DNA of 60,491 nucleotides, filler included, from Hausera hauseri (lineage: Eukaryota), in assembly GCA_046269625.1 (NCBI GenBank). It is 11 parts of 11 records of this genome, joined end to end, with 100 filler letters (N's around TTAATTAATTAA, not from the genome) between each part and the next. Parts side by side here need not be neighbours in the genome. Positions count along the whole stretch, not along the records: positions 11,438 to 16,108 come from JBJURY010481354.1; positions 16,209 to 20,664 come from JBJURY010571783.1; positions 20,765 to 26,639 come from JBJURY010176194.1; 8 more parts are not named here. One strand, 5' to 3'. This document shows positions 11,438 to 24,829 of the stretch, piece after piece. The translations under genes and the position numbers were made by a program. The notes beneath the pieces are model-generated. The model had not been told where the DNA came from and did no database searches. It was given only the letters and a program-made list of their open reading frames with translations. Numbering within the stretch: position 1 is the stretch's first letter; each line of letters begins with the position of its first letter.

Positions 11438-11960
11438 GAATTAAGTTTCCATTTCTACAAAATTCAAATTCATCCACAGTTAATATGAGTTGATTTAGCT
11501 TCTGGATAATGATTTCCTCAATAACGTCTGACAGACTAACGAATGCTGTTAATCTCTGTGGTGAACTTAACCATCAAAACATACGTTTTTGTACGGCTAC
11601 ACAAGCCTACTGCAATTATTTCAAAGCCATTGTATTCACAAAAGATTTTAGTTTGGTGCGCTATTTCTTCGCATGGAATTGTTGGGCCTATTTTTATAGA
11701 TGAACATTTAAATTCACAACATTATCACGATTTGATTTCAACTCCTAATTGTTGTTTGTTTGTCAAGATAATAAATTAAATTTTGACATCCAAAATTTCC
11801 AACAAAACGGAGCTACATGCCACACCACGGTGGCTGACTGGTATTTTTTAAATCATCGTTTTAATAATTGTGTAATTTGAAACAAAACTGATTTCAATTA
11901 CCCGCCTTGATCAGCAGACTTGTCCTTTGATAATTTCTTTTTGTAGGGTTTCCTGAAGGA
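11438..11960 (+). pseudogene. Tc1/mariner-superfamily (rosa/DD41D-like) transposase fragment
   Basis: PLYSQKILVWCAISSHGIVGPIFID, FQQNGATCHT and degenerate YPP*SADL..FFL*GFLK motifs. Confidence 0.75.
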
Positions 11961-12285
11961 AAGAAGTAAAAGGAAGTGAGGACACTGGGCCAAACCTCCA
12001 GGGAGAAAAATTGATGTGGTTCGCGGATGAGTCATAAGGTAGAGAAAAAATACACACATACACGTTTAATAGAGCGTAGATGGGAGGTACACAGTTACGA
12101 AAGTGATACACACAAGAAAGCATACTGTATGGATTTGTAGTGGATAAAAAATTAAATTTCGCGCTAGCAAAAGAAAATATTGTTTAAATTTCGCGGTAAA
12201 AAATTTTGTTTAAATTTTTCTTTTAATATTGGTGGTTGAGTATAAATATAGGTGTGCAAATAACTTGACACTGTTTTAGCAAATA

Positions 12286-13572
12286 TTAGGTTGGCAACTA
12301 AGTAACTGCCGATTTAACACATAAATATCTGTGACTATCTTTTTTAAAGACTTCTGTCAATGTTATGATATTTTCCTTCTGACAATTGTTAGCCGTGACT
12401 CTTACCCTGCATTACAATCAAATTTGGCATATTTTTGTTTAAATTTGTCAACTTGGTGTCAATTTTAATATGGAGTGCAGAAACGAGCATTTTTGCCAAA
12501 TTTTACATTTTTATTTCCATAAAGGAAAGAACGCAGCGTAAGCAGCTAAAAGGTTATGTGATGTGTATGGTAAGGAAGCCTTAAAAGAAAGACAGTGCCG
12601 AAATTGGTTTAACAAATTTTGTTCTGGAGATTTTTCTCTCAAAGATGACCAACGTTCAGGTCGACCAGTTGAGCTTGATGATGACCGAATCAAAGTTATA
12701 ATCGAGTCGGATCGTCGTGGGACTGTGCGAGAGATTGCAGAGAGGTTGAATGTATCACATACATCGATTGAGAAACATTTAAAACATCTTCAACTCGCTA
12801 AAAAGCTTGATATGTGGATTCCACATGAATTGAAAGAAATTCATTTAACGAAGCGCATCAACGCTTGCGATTTGCATCTTAAACGAAATGAAGTCGATCC
12901 TTTTTTGAAACGAATTATCACTGACGGTGAAAAATGGATTGTTTGCGATAACGTCAATCGAAAAAAATCATGGTCCAGGCGTGATGAGCCACCGCAAACC
13001 ACTTCGAAAGCTGATATCCACCAAAAGAAGATTTTGTTGTAAATTTGGTAGGATTGGAAAGATGTGGTGTATTTTGAGCTGTTTCCAAGGAACCAAACGA
13101 TCGATACAAATATGTACTGTCAACAACTGGACAAATTAAATGCAGCGATCAACGAAAAACGGCCAGAAATTGTCAATCGCAAAGGTGTCACTTTCCATCA
13201 GGATAATGCTAGACCACACGTATCTTTGGTTACTCATCAAAAATTGATAGACCTTGATTACGAATTGATGTTACATCCACTATATAGTCCTGATCTAGCA
13301 CCATCATGTTACTATTTATTCCGATCTTTGCATAATTTCTTGAATGATAAAACTTTTGATAATTAGGACGCTGTGAAATCGCACTTGGTTCAGTTTTTTG
13401 CTGATAACGACCAGAAGTTCAACGAGTGTGGAATCATGAAGTTGCCAGAAAGATGGCAAAAGGTCATCGAACAAAATGGAACATATATCGTTGATTATGT
13501 TTCATTGCAAATATAAAAATAAAATCTTTTGTTTGTATGAAAAAATTGGCAATTACTTAGTTGCCAACCTAA
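12286..13572 (+). mobile_element. Full-length (1287 bp) mariner, mellifera subfamily, inactivated transposase
   Basis: About 30-bp TIRs (TTAGGTTGGCAACTAAGTAACTGCCGATTT / AAATTGGCAATTACTTAGTTGCCAACCTAA) with TA on the left. Motifs WIPHEL, FHQDNARPH, HPLYSPDLAPS, with in-frame stops. Confidence 0.95.
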
Positions 13573-16108
13573 CATATCTCGAGATCTCTTCAATCCATCT
13601 ATTCAACCTACACGTAGGGTTCTTTGCTCGTCCCTTTAAAGTTGTAACTGCCTTGTGATCGGTAACTATTATTATCTTCTGTCCATATACGTAAACGTTA
13701 AAATGCCTTAAGGCTTCCTTTACTGCTAACGTTTCTAGTTTTGTCACTGAATAGTTTTTCTCTGCTTTCTTCAGGGAGCGTCCTCCATAAGCGATTGGGT
13801 GTTCTAGTTTTTCATCTTTGCGTTTCTGTGCCAATTCATATCCGATACCTTCTTTACTTGCGTCTGTTTTAATAATAAACGGTAAGCTAAAGTCAGGATA
13901 TCTCAGTACCGGTTCGCTAGTTAGTATCTTCTTCATTTCGTCGAACGCCTTTTGTTCAATCTCGGTCCATCTCCATTTCATTTCCTTTTTTAGTAATCGG
14001 TATAACGGTGCATTAATGTTTGAGTTATCTGGTACGTAAGTGGCATAATAACCACATAGACCTAACCAATGTCTTCGTTCCTTTTTGTTCTGAGGTTCCA
14101 TACAGTCTGAAATTTTATTCAGTAATGATTTGTCAGGCTTAGATCCTCCTTCGCCAACTGTATGGCCAAGATATGACACGGCGTTTTGGGCCCATTTGTA
14201 TTTTTTGGGTATAGTTTTAACCCAGCTTGTTCTAATCTCATAAGAGTGTCCTCAATATCCTTCAGATGCTCCTTTTCGTCTTTTGATGCAATCATTACGT
14301 CATCGAAGTACGCAAATGCATAGCTGGTCCAGTGGTAATTCTAAACGGCATAACGTTAAATTCGTATACGCCATCATGAGTTTTAAACGCAGTTTTATAA
14401 CGATCTTCGTCTTCAATCTCTACTTGCCAATACCCGGATTGTAAGTCCAGAGTAGTAAACTATTTTACTCCTGAGAGTCTGTCCAAAGCTTCTTTTACAG
14501 GTGGTAGGAGAAAAATCCTTCATCATAAGAATATTCAACGCTCTATAATTGATACAAGATCGATGTTTCGTGGTTTCTTTCTTCTTGACCATTAGAATAG
14601 GTGAATACCAAGATCTGAAACTTGGTCAAATTATATCGGCCTTTAACATACGTTCTACCCCTTTAGTTATTTCCGGTCTTAGGGAATGCGGCGGCGGATA
14701 CCATTTTGGCAATTTCTGTTCCTCGAGATCGATTTCATCATTAGATCCGGGCTTTTTCTTAAGTGGTATAGTTAATTTTAACGTCTTTGCTCGGCCAATG
14801 TCTTCTTCGTCTTTTGCAATAATTGACTTATAGCGACATAATAGTTCGTAAAACTGGCAATAAGCTTCTGGCGAAAACTTCGTATCGACGTGTGGTGGAA
14901 ATTCGGCGTACATATACAGTTCCTATTCAACCGTTATTGCTGATGCTTTGTAAGTATGTCCTAGAGTAGTGTTAGCATATAATTTTACTGGAGTTTGAGC
15001 ATTATTCACTATTTTTACCGGTATTCGACCTGATGCTACTCGGGTCAATATTTTGCTCAGTATTATATTCGGGTTTAGCGTTTTTTTGGCTCGAAATATA
15101 CTGGTAAATCTTCGTCTTGACAGATTTGTGCAAAGATCAATAATTTCGTTCTAGGCGGAATGTTTTCGTTGACTGGAATCAAGACTTTTCCGGATTCTCT
15201 TTATTTACCTTAGTTCCTTTTATCGGTCCGAGCTCGATTAGCTTCGAGGTATTCAGATCTATCGCGACGTTTGGCAGACGTCTTAATACATCATATCCTA
15301 ATACTACGTCGTCTGTTAAGTGTTCCATTATAGAAAATTCATGTTGAAATGTCTGTCCCATTATTTTAAGAGTAGGATTCTACTCGAATTTCGGTCTTGA
15401 TTCTTGTCCGAAAGCTCCTATACTTCCGGGATCGGTTGTAAGTGGTAGTCGTAATTGATTGCGCAACGTTTTCGGTATCGATACGTCTTTTATGAATGAT
15501 TTCTCTGATCCGGTATCTACTAATGCGTATACTTCCCAATCGTCAATAAACAATTTGGCGAAGGGTCTACCTTCTTTTATCTTAGGTTGTTTAACGACTA
15601 ATATTTTGTACCCGTTCACGCTAATTTCTGGTGATTTATTCTGGGCTACTTGTCTTAATTTTTCAATGGGATACAATCCATTATTTACACTGTTTTCGTT
15701 GTTTCTATCCGGCGTATTGATTAGCGGTTCTTGGTTGTTTTGGTTATGGAAGGATTGCATTCGTGGATTATCCCATATTAATGATTCAGTTTCTATATTC
15801 CGCGAAATCCTTGGAAAGTATGTTACCTTGCGATCATCTGCCGGTTGGCGGCATAATTCGGATTTTTCCCTGGTTCGGTACATTTTCCGTAACACGCCGT
15901 ATTGTTTTGTCCCTTCATAGGGATCTTCATAACTGAAAGGCTTTCGATATATTTCCGAACTATAGGAGTTAATAGATCTCTTATCGCTGTCTACATATTG
16001 TCGTGCCAAAGGGGGTAGCATCTGTAAAGGCGGCCTAAGCGCCTTCCGATTGCTTATCTTGGAGACCGCGTCTCCTCCCTTAGGCTCATCATCATCCGAA
16101 TCGTTTTT
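13573..16108 (-). pseudogene. Gypsy family A copy 2: linker-protease-RT-RNaseH, frameshifted, cut by the mariner
   Basis: Near-identical peptides to 6629-11337 (ALVDTGSEKSFI, KWYPPPHSLRPEI, TDASKEGIG). Homology stops at EEISRY, at the mariner TIR. Confidence 0.93.
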
Positions 16109-16208
16109 NNNNNNNNNNNNNNNNNNNNNNNNNNNNNNNNNNNNNNNNNNNNTTAATTAATTAANNNNNNNNNNNNNNNNNNNNNNNNNNNNNNNNNNNN
16201 NNNNNNNN

Positions 16209-16340
16209 ATTGGCAGTAAGAACCACCAGCTCATGACCATCACATCAAAAAAGAAAGCACTGGATCCCTTTGACGATAAACGACATTGGGTTGATAAAAA
16301 CCACAGTGTCGCCTATGGACATTATTCATTGATTGTGTAA
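16209..16340 (+). CDS. Protein-primed PolB C-terminal end (Polinton/adintovirus-like)
   Basis: IGSKNHQLMTITSKKKALDPFDDKRHWVDKNHSVAYGHY* carries the typical DDKR..YGH terminus. Confidence 0.85.
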   Translation: MGSKNHQLMTITSKKKALDPFDDKRHWVDKNHSVAYGHYSLIV

Positions 16341-16640
16341 ATAAATTTTTATTTCTTATGCCTTGTTCAATACCGCTTTGTTCCGGGGTGGGAATAGTGA
16401 AACCATGACTGCGGCAGAAAATGCTTTGTTCCGGGGTGGGAATAGTGAAACCACGACTGCGGCAGAAAATGCTTTGTCTAACAAATACTGCTCTCCTATT
16501 GGTCAGTTTTCCTTCCTTCCCCCATGACGTGTCCTCTTCCCATTCGCCAGTTTCACTTCCACCGATGACGTGTCCTCTTCCCATTGGTTTCTTTCCTTCC
16601 CCGGGGGGGGGTTGACGCCAACTCCTCACATCCTACTACT
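16341..16640. repeat. Polinton terminal (TIR) region with a 48-bp tandem repeat (16375-16470), TGACGTGTCCTCTTCCCATT x2, ending CTACTACT
   Basis: The end reads AGTAGTAG on the minus strand, the canonical Polinton/Maverick terminus, and directly follows the PolB stop. Confidence 0.75.
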
Positions 16641-18330
16641 TCAGACGTATCCATATGCTGTGCCAACTTAGCAGAGTTCTCATAAATGTCCTCCGTGTAG
16701 ATGTGATAGATAAAACTATCAGTATCCATATACATCAGCTGTATGTACTTGAATATGGGGACCATGATGTCATAGTGGAATTTGTACATCAAGGTCGTTG
16801 ACAGGTCCAGTATTGCCATACCCACATATGTGGGCTTGTTGAATTGCAAGGATGTTTTTGGCATATGGATGCTGACTACGTTCTCCGCATATATGGTGCT
16901 GCTGTGGAAGTTTGGCTTGGCAATGAGCTTCTTTACCCGCTTTCATTCAGAGACCAGTTCGATGTAGATCCTGTTGCGGATGTTTTCCATGATCTTGCCA
17001 AAACGCAGTTGTTGTAAAGCTTGAATTGATCCTTCTCAAAGTCGTTCTTGGCATTTTTTCGCAGCTTCGTATTAAGACCGATATATGGCTTCAGCCAGTT
17101 GGACTGGCTGAACTTCAGGGCCCGATGGATCTTAGTAATGCGGAGTCCATTGCTGACAGCTTGCTGGAGATTTATGTAATGGACTACATATCACTCCCTA
17201 TTATCCAGATGGCAAGGCAGCTTTCTATGCTTTCCATGGAGCGGAGACTTTCTCTCAGGGAGGAAAGGCAGCTGTTGATGCCTTGTGTGGATAGAAGCCG
17301 GATATTCCATATCCACCTCTAGTATGAAGCCAGGTCCAGTATAGGTATGTTTTCAGGATGCTCGACCCACTTGAAGTCATAATATGGCAATGGGACGCCC
17401 ATTACCCATCCATACAAGTCGTTGGCATCCAGGTATGATATATATGAGTATTCCTTGTATGGATCATACTAGGCCATATACTTGTTGTTGGCCTCACTAT
17501 ACCTATGAATGGCCTGGCATATTCCGCCTCTAATGTCTCTCTCAATCATGAGGATCATGTCGTAATTTTTTATGATCTGCATTCTAATACCGATATAGCG
17601 CAGAATAGCTGCTCAACTCATCCCTGGAGCCGTGAAGGAATGAGCTGAATCCAATGCATTGCTCTTTATCGTAACATCCTTAAAGCTGTCAAAAAGATTC
17701 GTCAGAAGCAGCACGTCCGTCTAGAGGTATATATAGCTGTATTCTCCTCATTTTCGGCATTGGAATGCATACCAGATGTTCTAAGCATGCTGGTAGTCCT
17801 CATCACTGATACCGCTATCTGAGAAGATATTGTAAAAGTCCTTCTTGGCCGGCAATGAGGTCTCGTCCAGTGTTCCCCATGATGTTATATAGTCATAGGG
17901 AAACACGCCTTTCTTTTAGCAAGGTCAAATGTAGTGGGGAAGAACCGCTTCGTCTCCTTGAGTTCATCTGCAGGGAGGTTCTTCACTAAACTGTCCAGTG
18001 AAAACGACAGGAAACGAAAGCTCTCTATGAATCGAAGTTTAATGCGGTCCACATAATTAGTGTAAGTGATATATTTCTCCACAATGTTTTGTATCACATC
18101 TATATTACCATCAATGTTGCCTAATTCACGGATTATTAAATGGGAATCATAGCCACTGAGATTATGGAACACTACAGGCACATACGTACATGTTTTGCAA
18201 CCTAGATTGCAGTTGTTTCATGCTGCCCCTCCATATGCACCTGTAAAATGGCAGTGATCCTTGACTTTATAATTATCCTCGGTGAAGGACTTGTCGCACA
18301 AGTAACATGCTGTTGCCTTGTGCTATTCTT
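16641..18330 (-). pseudogene. Polinton/adintovirus PolB, degraded
   Basis: PVVFHNLSGYDSH (exonuclease), YLDANDLYGW (motif A), YMDTDS (motif C), with many frameshifts. Confidence 0.9.
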
Positions 18331-19880
18331 ACTCTTGAAGTAATGATTAAACGTTTGTCGTTATATTTGAAGAATGTAGCCGCTGATGCTTATAACGAGC
18401 TTCCTAACGATGAAAAGAAATCTTGGTCATCCTTGGTAGGAGGATTGAACCGAAAATTATTGCCGACAGTAACATCGCAACAGAACTTATGGCATTTAGA
18501 AATAGGGTGAAACAGAAGGGTGAATAGATAACACAGTTTGCATTTGCATTAAAGAAACTAGCTAATGGTTATATGAGCACCTTGAGAATAGCTAATGTAG
18601 CAAAAACTAAAACCGAAGCTGAACGCGAACTCGCAGAAAAAGCAACTCCGTCAGATTTTGACATCATGATGGCGACGCATTTAATTAATGGTATTTGGTC
18701 CCGAGATTTAGTGAAACAGTTGATTTTGGCCAGACCTGAGAATTTTGAAAGGACTTTACAACTGCCCCAAGACTTAGAAATGGCACTTGATAGATATGAC
18801 AGACATAATGATAGAAATGATAGAAATAATAATCGAAATGGTCGTAACGATAAAAATCGCAATGATAATCGCGGAAGACATGATACACGATTTAAAAGTA
18901 ATAGAAATGATGAAAATAAAAACAGTAATAACGACTATGGGAATAGTCGAAACAATAATTATGTTATCGATCGAAATATGAATAAGTTGAATCCCAATTC
19001 GGATAGAAATCGAGGAAACTACAAAGGTTCTAATTATCAAAATCGTTACGATGATAATCAAAATAATGATAGTCGACGAAATATAGATAGTACGCAAAGT
19101 TTGCCGAACCGGTACAATAGAAGCACAAATATGTCTAAGTCACCTATTAATGAAGGCGGTAGACAGAGAGTCAACAGAAATGGAAATTTAGTTTGTTTCA
19201 CTTGCAGTAAGAAGGACATATTGCAATGTCATGTCCAAACCCGCGTAGCCTAATAAGACTAGTATGATCAACGTTAACGAGAACTTAGAAGCGAAATATG
19301 GTGTTCATGGAGATACAGGTACTATTATCGACATACACGATTTGCGAAAATTTCTAGACGCTTAGCCTGAGACTACTAATCCACAAATTCTGATGGCCAG
19401 AAGAGAGTACGGAGATAAACTAAGATTATTAGAGGTCTACCACGGTTTAGCCGAACCAGAAACAGAATACGAGCATGCTATAGCACCCAAGCTAATCGAT
19501 ATGACAGGGAAGAAGAGTATTCCAATAATTAATAAAACGGTAGAAAAACAAGGAACTTTGACATAAGTCGACTTAGATGCAGAGCCTGAGTTCACAATTG
19601 ATAAAGCAAAAGAGTATCGAAGACGATATAGCCAAAAAAGAATTTATGGAACCATTAATACTTAAAATTACGAAAAGTAGAGGCCATAGCTCTTGACTTA
19701 AGTCGAAACGTAGAATTCTTTCATTATCTCAAGTAACTAAAGAAAAATTAGAAGAAGTAAAAGATATTAAAATCGCTGTAGAAAGAGACGCAAGACCTAG
19801 TTTAGACACACCACGAATTGGTTTAAACCCATCGAGTTGGACAAGACCGTAAAGTCGATTAACGAAATTAATGAGGACAA
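18328..19880 (+). pseudogene. gag: Gypsy gag fragment (same family as 37665-39056)
   Basis: EVMIKRLSLYLKNVAADAYNEL..WSSL, an N/D/R-rich tract and the knuckle VCFTCSK.GH, colinear with the gag of contig 8. Confidence 0.88.
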
Positions 19881-19977
19881 GTGGTATTAGACCTGAGCAA
19901 GTTGCGGATGTTCGAGCTACAGTATCGCGATTTGGCACGTTACCGGCAAATGTTTCACGGCTGTGATATTAGTATAG

Positions 19978-20463
19978 TTGCCGGTGACAGACAGTTTTTT
20001 TCTGCGGCTGAAAAAAGTCAATCGCGAACAGCTACTGCAGCAAATGCAGTCAAATAGATTACTGGACACGTCGAACTATCATCCGTTGTACAGCAGCGCG
20101 ATCACCAACAAAATCGGCTGCTTCAAGAATGAAAGTGAAGGTCGGGTTCAGTATCGGAAATGGATATTCCTACGCCCAAAGTACTACATTCCTCTGACGG
20201 ACTGTGGAATGAAAATGCCGGCAAAAGGAGTCCAGCTGAGACAGACGGAAATCAACCACAGTGATTATCGCTGTATACATGAAGACGCAGCAGCATAAGG
20301 AGGACAATCAGTGGCTGTTGTGTCTCAAACGATGATCCGATCAATTGAGCACCAGTTGTACACAATAACTAGTGCAAATGTCGCTTTGTCATGTAACGAT
20401 GATAAGCGAAAGTGGATGGGGCGAAATAAGAGTTTGGCGTACGGACATTGGCGGCTGAAATGA
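19978..20463 (+). pseudogene. PolB C-terminal fragment of a more divergent family
   Basis: LDTSNYHPLYS..KIGCFKNE..FLRPKYY..AKGV..NDDKR..LAYGHW*. Confidence 0.8.
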
Positions 20464-20764
20464 AACACATTCGGTGGTGTCAGATGAGATCAGATCAGAT
20501 ACAGGCAATTCAATCTGATCTGGATATTGTGACAACTATTGACAATGATTATCTTTTGTATATTGTTTTATTTCAATGGTAATAATTTACTTTGTTCAGT
20601 GTCTTTTGTGTTTTGTTTTCGGTTACTTACTTAACCTATTATTAGTAAGTAAGATAGAAGTAAANNNNNNNNNNNNNNNNNNNNNNNNNNNNNNNNNNNN
20701 NNNNNNNNTTAATTAATTAANNNNNNNNNNNNNNNNNNNNNNNNNNNNNNNNNNNNNNNNNNNN

Positions 20765-23700
20765 ATGCCGTGTAATTCTTTACGTAACTTAGTAAGCAGT
20801 CGTATTTTTGTAATTCGAGATCCCTTTCTTAGTCACGCCAAGGGATTAACTGAATCCCTATTAAGTATTGTTTTGACAATGGTTTTGACACATAAAAGTT
20901 TACACATCTTGTAGGTAACATTAAATTTTATACTGCTCAATAAATAATCTTCGGCTATAGCTAAGGGTGTCGTATTTTAGCTTGCTGTATTTCTGTTTCT
21001 GTCATTTTGGTCAAAGCGCCTGGTGCTAGTATACAAATTAAAAGGAGAAAATACTTTATTAACCATAATATTTTGTTACTTGAGATCCTCGCAATTTTTT
21101 TCTCTACCATACTGCTAACATATCCCTGTTCATCATTCCTTAGTTTACTTTCTTTAGCCGCCGGTTTACATATATTAACATGAACTTTAAGTGTCGTATT
21201 ATTCTTTTTAAGGCTTATGTTGGGTACGTCTACCTTTTCCACTTCATACGGTCCTTTATATGGTCTATCTAGCTTTGATGTCTTGTCCTTTTGCTTAAGG
21301 GTGTGTATAACATCATTTTATCTCCTGGTTTTATTTTGGATTGCTTCGTTTTTTCACCATAATACTTCTTATGTTTTGTTTTATAATCTTTCTGATTATC
21401 CTTTACTATTTTGTAAGCTAACTGGAGTCTTTCTTGCATCAGTTGCTTGTACTCTTCTATTTCCATTAAATGAGAAGTAGGATTTACATTGAAATCCAAA
21501 TAAATTGGTAGTCTGGCATCTCTTAGATACATCAGGTAAAAAGGTGTCTCTTTTGTGGCTTCGTGTACTGACGTTCGGTTTACGAATACACAGGCACTGA
21601 TATATTTATCCTAGTCATCTTGTCTGGTATTGACAACTGTTTGTAGTTTACTTTTTAGGTCTCCAATATATCGTTCTACCATTCCGTTATTCTCAGGGTG
21701 TCCTGGTGTCGATCGTAATTTTAATATTCGCATAATGTCATAAATAGCTTGCATTACGTTTCCCGTCAAGTTTGATGCTTGATCCGTTAATAATATTCTT
21801 GGGTCTCCATAATTAAATATTATATTCTCCACGAATTTTTCGGCGATATTTCCCACCTTAATGTCCTGAATAGGTAATGCTACAACCCATCGTGTAAAAT
21901 AATCTAAAAATACTAGAATATATTTATTTTCGTTTGTAGTTAGTGGTAAGGGTCCGATTGTATCCATTGCTGTGAATTCGAAGGGGACTGGTGGGTTATC
22001 CCATACTTTTAAAGGGGCTTTGAATTTAGATCCGGTATTCTTTCGTGTGGCACATAGTTTACAGTTGTCACACCATTCCTGCGTATGTTTTATCATGGAT
22101 GGCCAAAAATATTTCCTTTTTAATTTATTAGTTGTCTTTCTTGATGATTGAAGCCGACCTAGTAGCCCGTCGTGATACTGTGTTAACAATATTGCTCTAT
22201 TTTTCTTGGAAATTACAAGGGCTAGTCCATTCTGATGAATGTAGTATAGAAATTCTTCTTTTTCTTCATATGCTTCGCCGAATCTGGCTAGGTGACGCGC
22301 AAGCCCTTTATCTGTAGGAATAATTCTGTTTTGCATAAAACTTCTGATAGCTTGTATCTCAATATCTTCCTCTTGATTTTCTTTTATCTTTTCTGGTGAT
22401 CCGTCCATACTCCATACTGCTGCTACTATAGCTTTATTCGTGTTTGATTTTTCTGGCATTCTCGATAGATAATCGGCATTCGCATTATGTGTTCCCGGTT
22501 TATATTGGAAATTTATAGTATATGGTTGCAATTTGAGAGCCCATCTTAATAATCGGCTATTTGGATTGTCGTGTTCTTTTAACCATTGCAATGGACGATG
22601 GTCAGTGTATATTACTAACGGTTTGTTTTCACTGATATAAGGTGAAAATATATTTAAAGCGAATATTACTGCAAATAATTCCTTTTCAATTGTTGCGTAT
22701 TTCTTTTGATGCTTGTTTAGCTTTTTCGATGCATATGCTACTGGATGTTCCTTTCCATCCTCGCATTTCTGTGATAATACTGCTCCCACTCCATAATCAC
22801 TTGCGTCTGTAGCTAATATGAATGGTTTATTCATGTCTGGATAAATTAGAATGGGGGCACTCAACAATTTTTCCTTAAGCATTTCAAATGAATTCTAACA
22901 TTCACTTGTCTATATTACCTGTTCTAAGTCTTTACAAAGTAGTTCATATAGCGGTTTGGCTATTTTACTGAAATCTTTAATAAATCTACGGTAATAATTT
23001 GCCAATCCTAAGAATCTTCGCAACTCTTTAACTGTAGTTGGCTTTGGGAAGTATTTAATTTTTGCAATTAATTTCTCTTGCGGCTTAACCCCATTTCTGT
23101 CTATCCTATGTCCCAGAAAGTTGACTTCTTGAGCAACTTAACATTTCTTGGGATTTATTTTGAGTCCCATTATTTCACATCTATCGAACAGATCCTGTAG
23201 ATCTTTTAGATGTTGTTCGAAATTTAAGGATGCAATTATTACGTCATCAATATATACCATCACATGTAATGCGTCCAGTAATAATAATTCAGTTCCTCTC
23301 TGAAACGTAGGTGGTCCGTTATTTAATCCGAAAGGCATTCTGTTAAACTCCCATAATTCTTCGCCTATGGAAAAAGCTGTCTTTTGTTTGTCTTCTTCCT
23401 TCACTTGTACTTGCCAATATTCTTTCTGTAAATAAATAATTGTAAATATTGTAGATCCATGTAATTTATCTAATATTTCATCTATGCTTGGTAACAGATA
23501 CGTGTCGGTTTCGGTAATTTCATTGAGAGCTCTATAGTCGATACAAAATCTCATTGCTCCACCTTTTTTCTTTACCATTACTACTGGGGCAGTCCATGGA
23601 GAACAGCTTGGTCGTATTATTTTATTATCGCTCATTTCTTTTATAATTTTCCGGGATTCTTCCTTCTTATCATACGCGAAGCGATAAGGCCGTTTCTTTT

Positions 23701-24829
23701 TTGGTTTATCTTGTCCGTTTTTTAGTTTAATAGAATGTTGTATAACATTCATAACTCCTAAGTCATAATCATTTTGTGCAAAGTGATCATTATTTTTTAT
23801 TAGGAGTTGTTGTAACTTAGTCTTTTCCTCGCCTGTCAAAACTTTACAGTCCTTTAGTTTCTCATCCCAATTGATAATACTAGTTTTACCTTTTGTCGCC
23901 CCTTTGTTCGTTGCGTTATTTAATTTAGCTTCCATCATTTTTTCAATTGTATCTACTTCTGAGATGACAGAATTAGTGCCTTCCCTAAAACTTTCTAGCG
24001 TATCTTCTGCTATTATTACACATCCCATTCTGGTATTCCTTCTTAGTTTCATTTCATTTCGTCCCGTGTTGCAAATCCGTAGATGGATTTTCCCGTTTCT
24101 TATTCTGTCTATATGAGGTGCTATGAGTATCTCATACTTTTCCATGGTTACTAGGGATGGTTCGAAGTATACGTTTTTACCAATAGATTTGCCTTCTATT
24201 TTTCCAGATACTACCATTTCAGAACGAGGTGGCATTACAATGTCCTTTGTCAATGACACTGCTCCATTATGCTGTTTCGTATTGAATCTTCTTATCTGAC
24301 CTGTACTTAAGTCGATGTAGGCATCTTCTAACTGATTCAGGACATCACATCCAATTAATATTTCATTTGTTAAACGTTTTGCCACAATTACAGTATGGTT
24401 AATTACTTGATTGCATATTTTAATTTTGGCATCGAGGACTGTCCTTATTTGTTCTTCAGTGCCAAATGCTGCGACGTTTATTAACGTCTCGGAAGGTTTT
24501 TTTAGTTTCTTTACTAATTCCGGGGGCAACTGGTTTCTTCCCATTATTGTGGTTGTAGATCCCGTGTTTATTAGAGCGATCATTGGGTACCCATTTATGT
24601 CAATCATTATTTCCGGCCTTGTTGATGACTGTTTTTCATAATCCTCACTTATTTTACAAGTGGTATCGCGATTATAGGGCATCGGGTTTTCGTCATAATT
24701 ATGTTTCATCCTTAATACTTGGTATATTGGGTACATTTCTTTCTGATCTGGAAGGTATTTTTGCTCTGGCGTTATTGATTCCATAAATCGGGGTGACGAT
24801 CCCGTATATTGGGGTGCTGTTGGAATCAT
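20765..24829 (-). pseudogene. pol: Gypsy family B pol (PR-RT-RNaseH-IN-GPY + hydrophobic extension) with nonsense mutations
   Basis: ALINTGS (protease, D>N), RFCIDYRALN, YIDD, ATDASDYG, AMDTIGPL, TDQA, MVERY. ORFs 23138-24829, 21611-22882 and 21269-21532 share one frame. Confidence 0.95.

Noticed and set aside
12563-13366. Possible SETMAR/host gene
   Set aside because: No SET domain; bounded by TIRs and interrupted by stops, so it is a plain mariner.
16375-16590. Short direct repeats resembling a CRISPR array
   Set aside because: Only two units each, no unique spacer series, no cas genes, eukaryotic context; explained as a Polinton terminal region.
18685-19097. Ile/Met-rich hydrophobic ORFs (also 38123-38446)
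   Set aside because: Alternative-frame or antisense shadows of the N/D/R low-complexity tract in gag.
20623-20652. TTACTTACT...AGTAAGTAA hairpin near the contig end
   Set aside because: Short and AT-rich; not enough to call a terminus or terminator.
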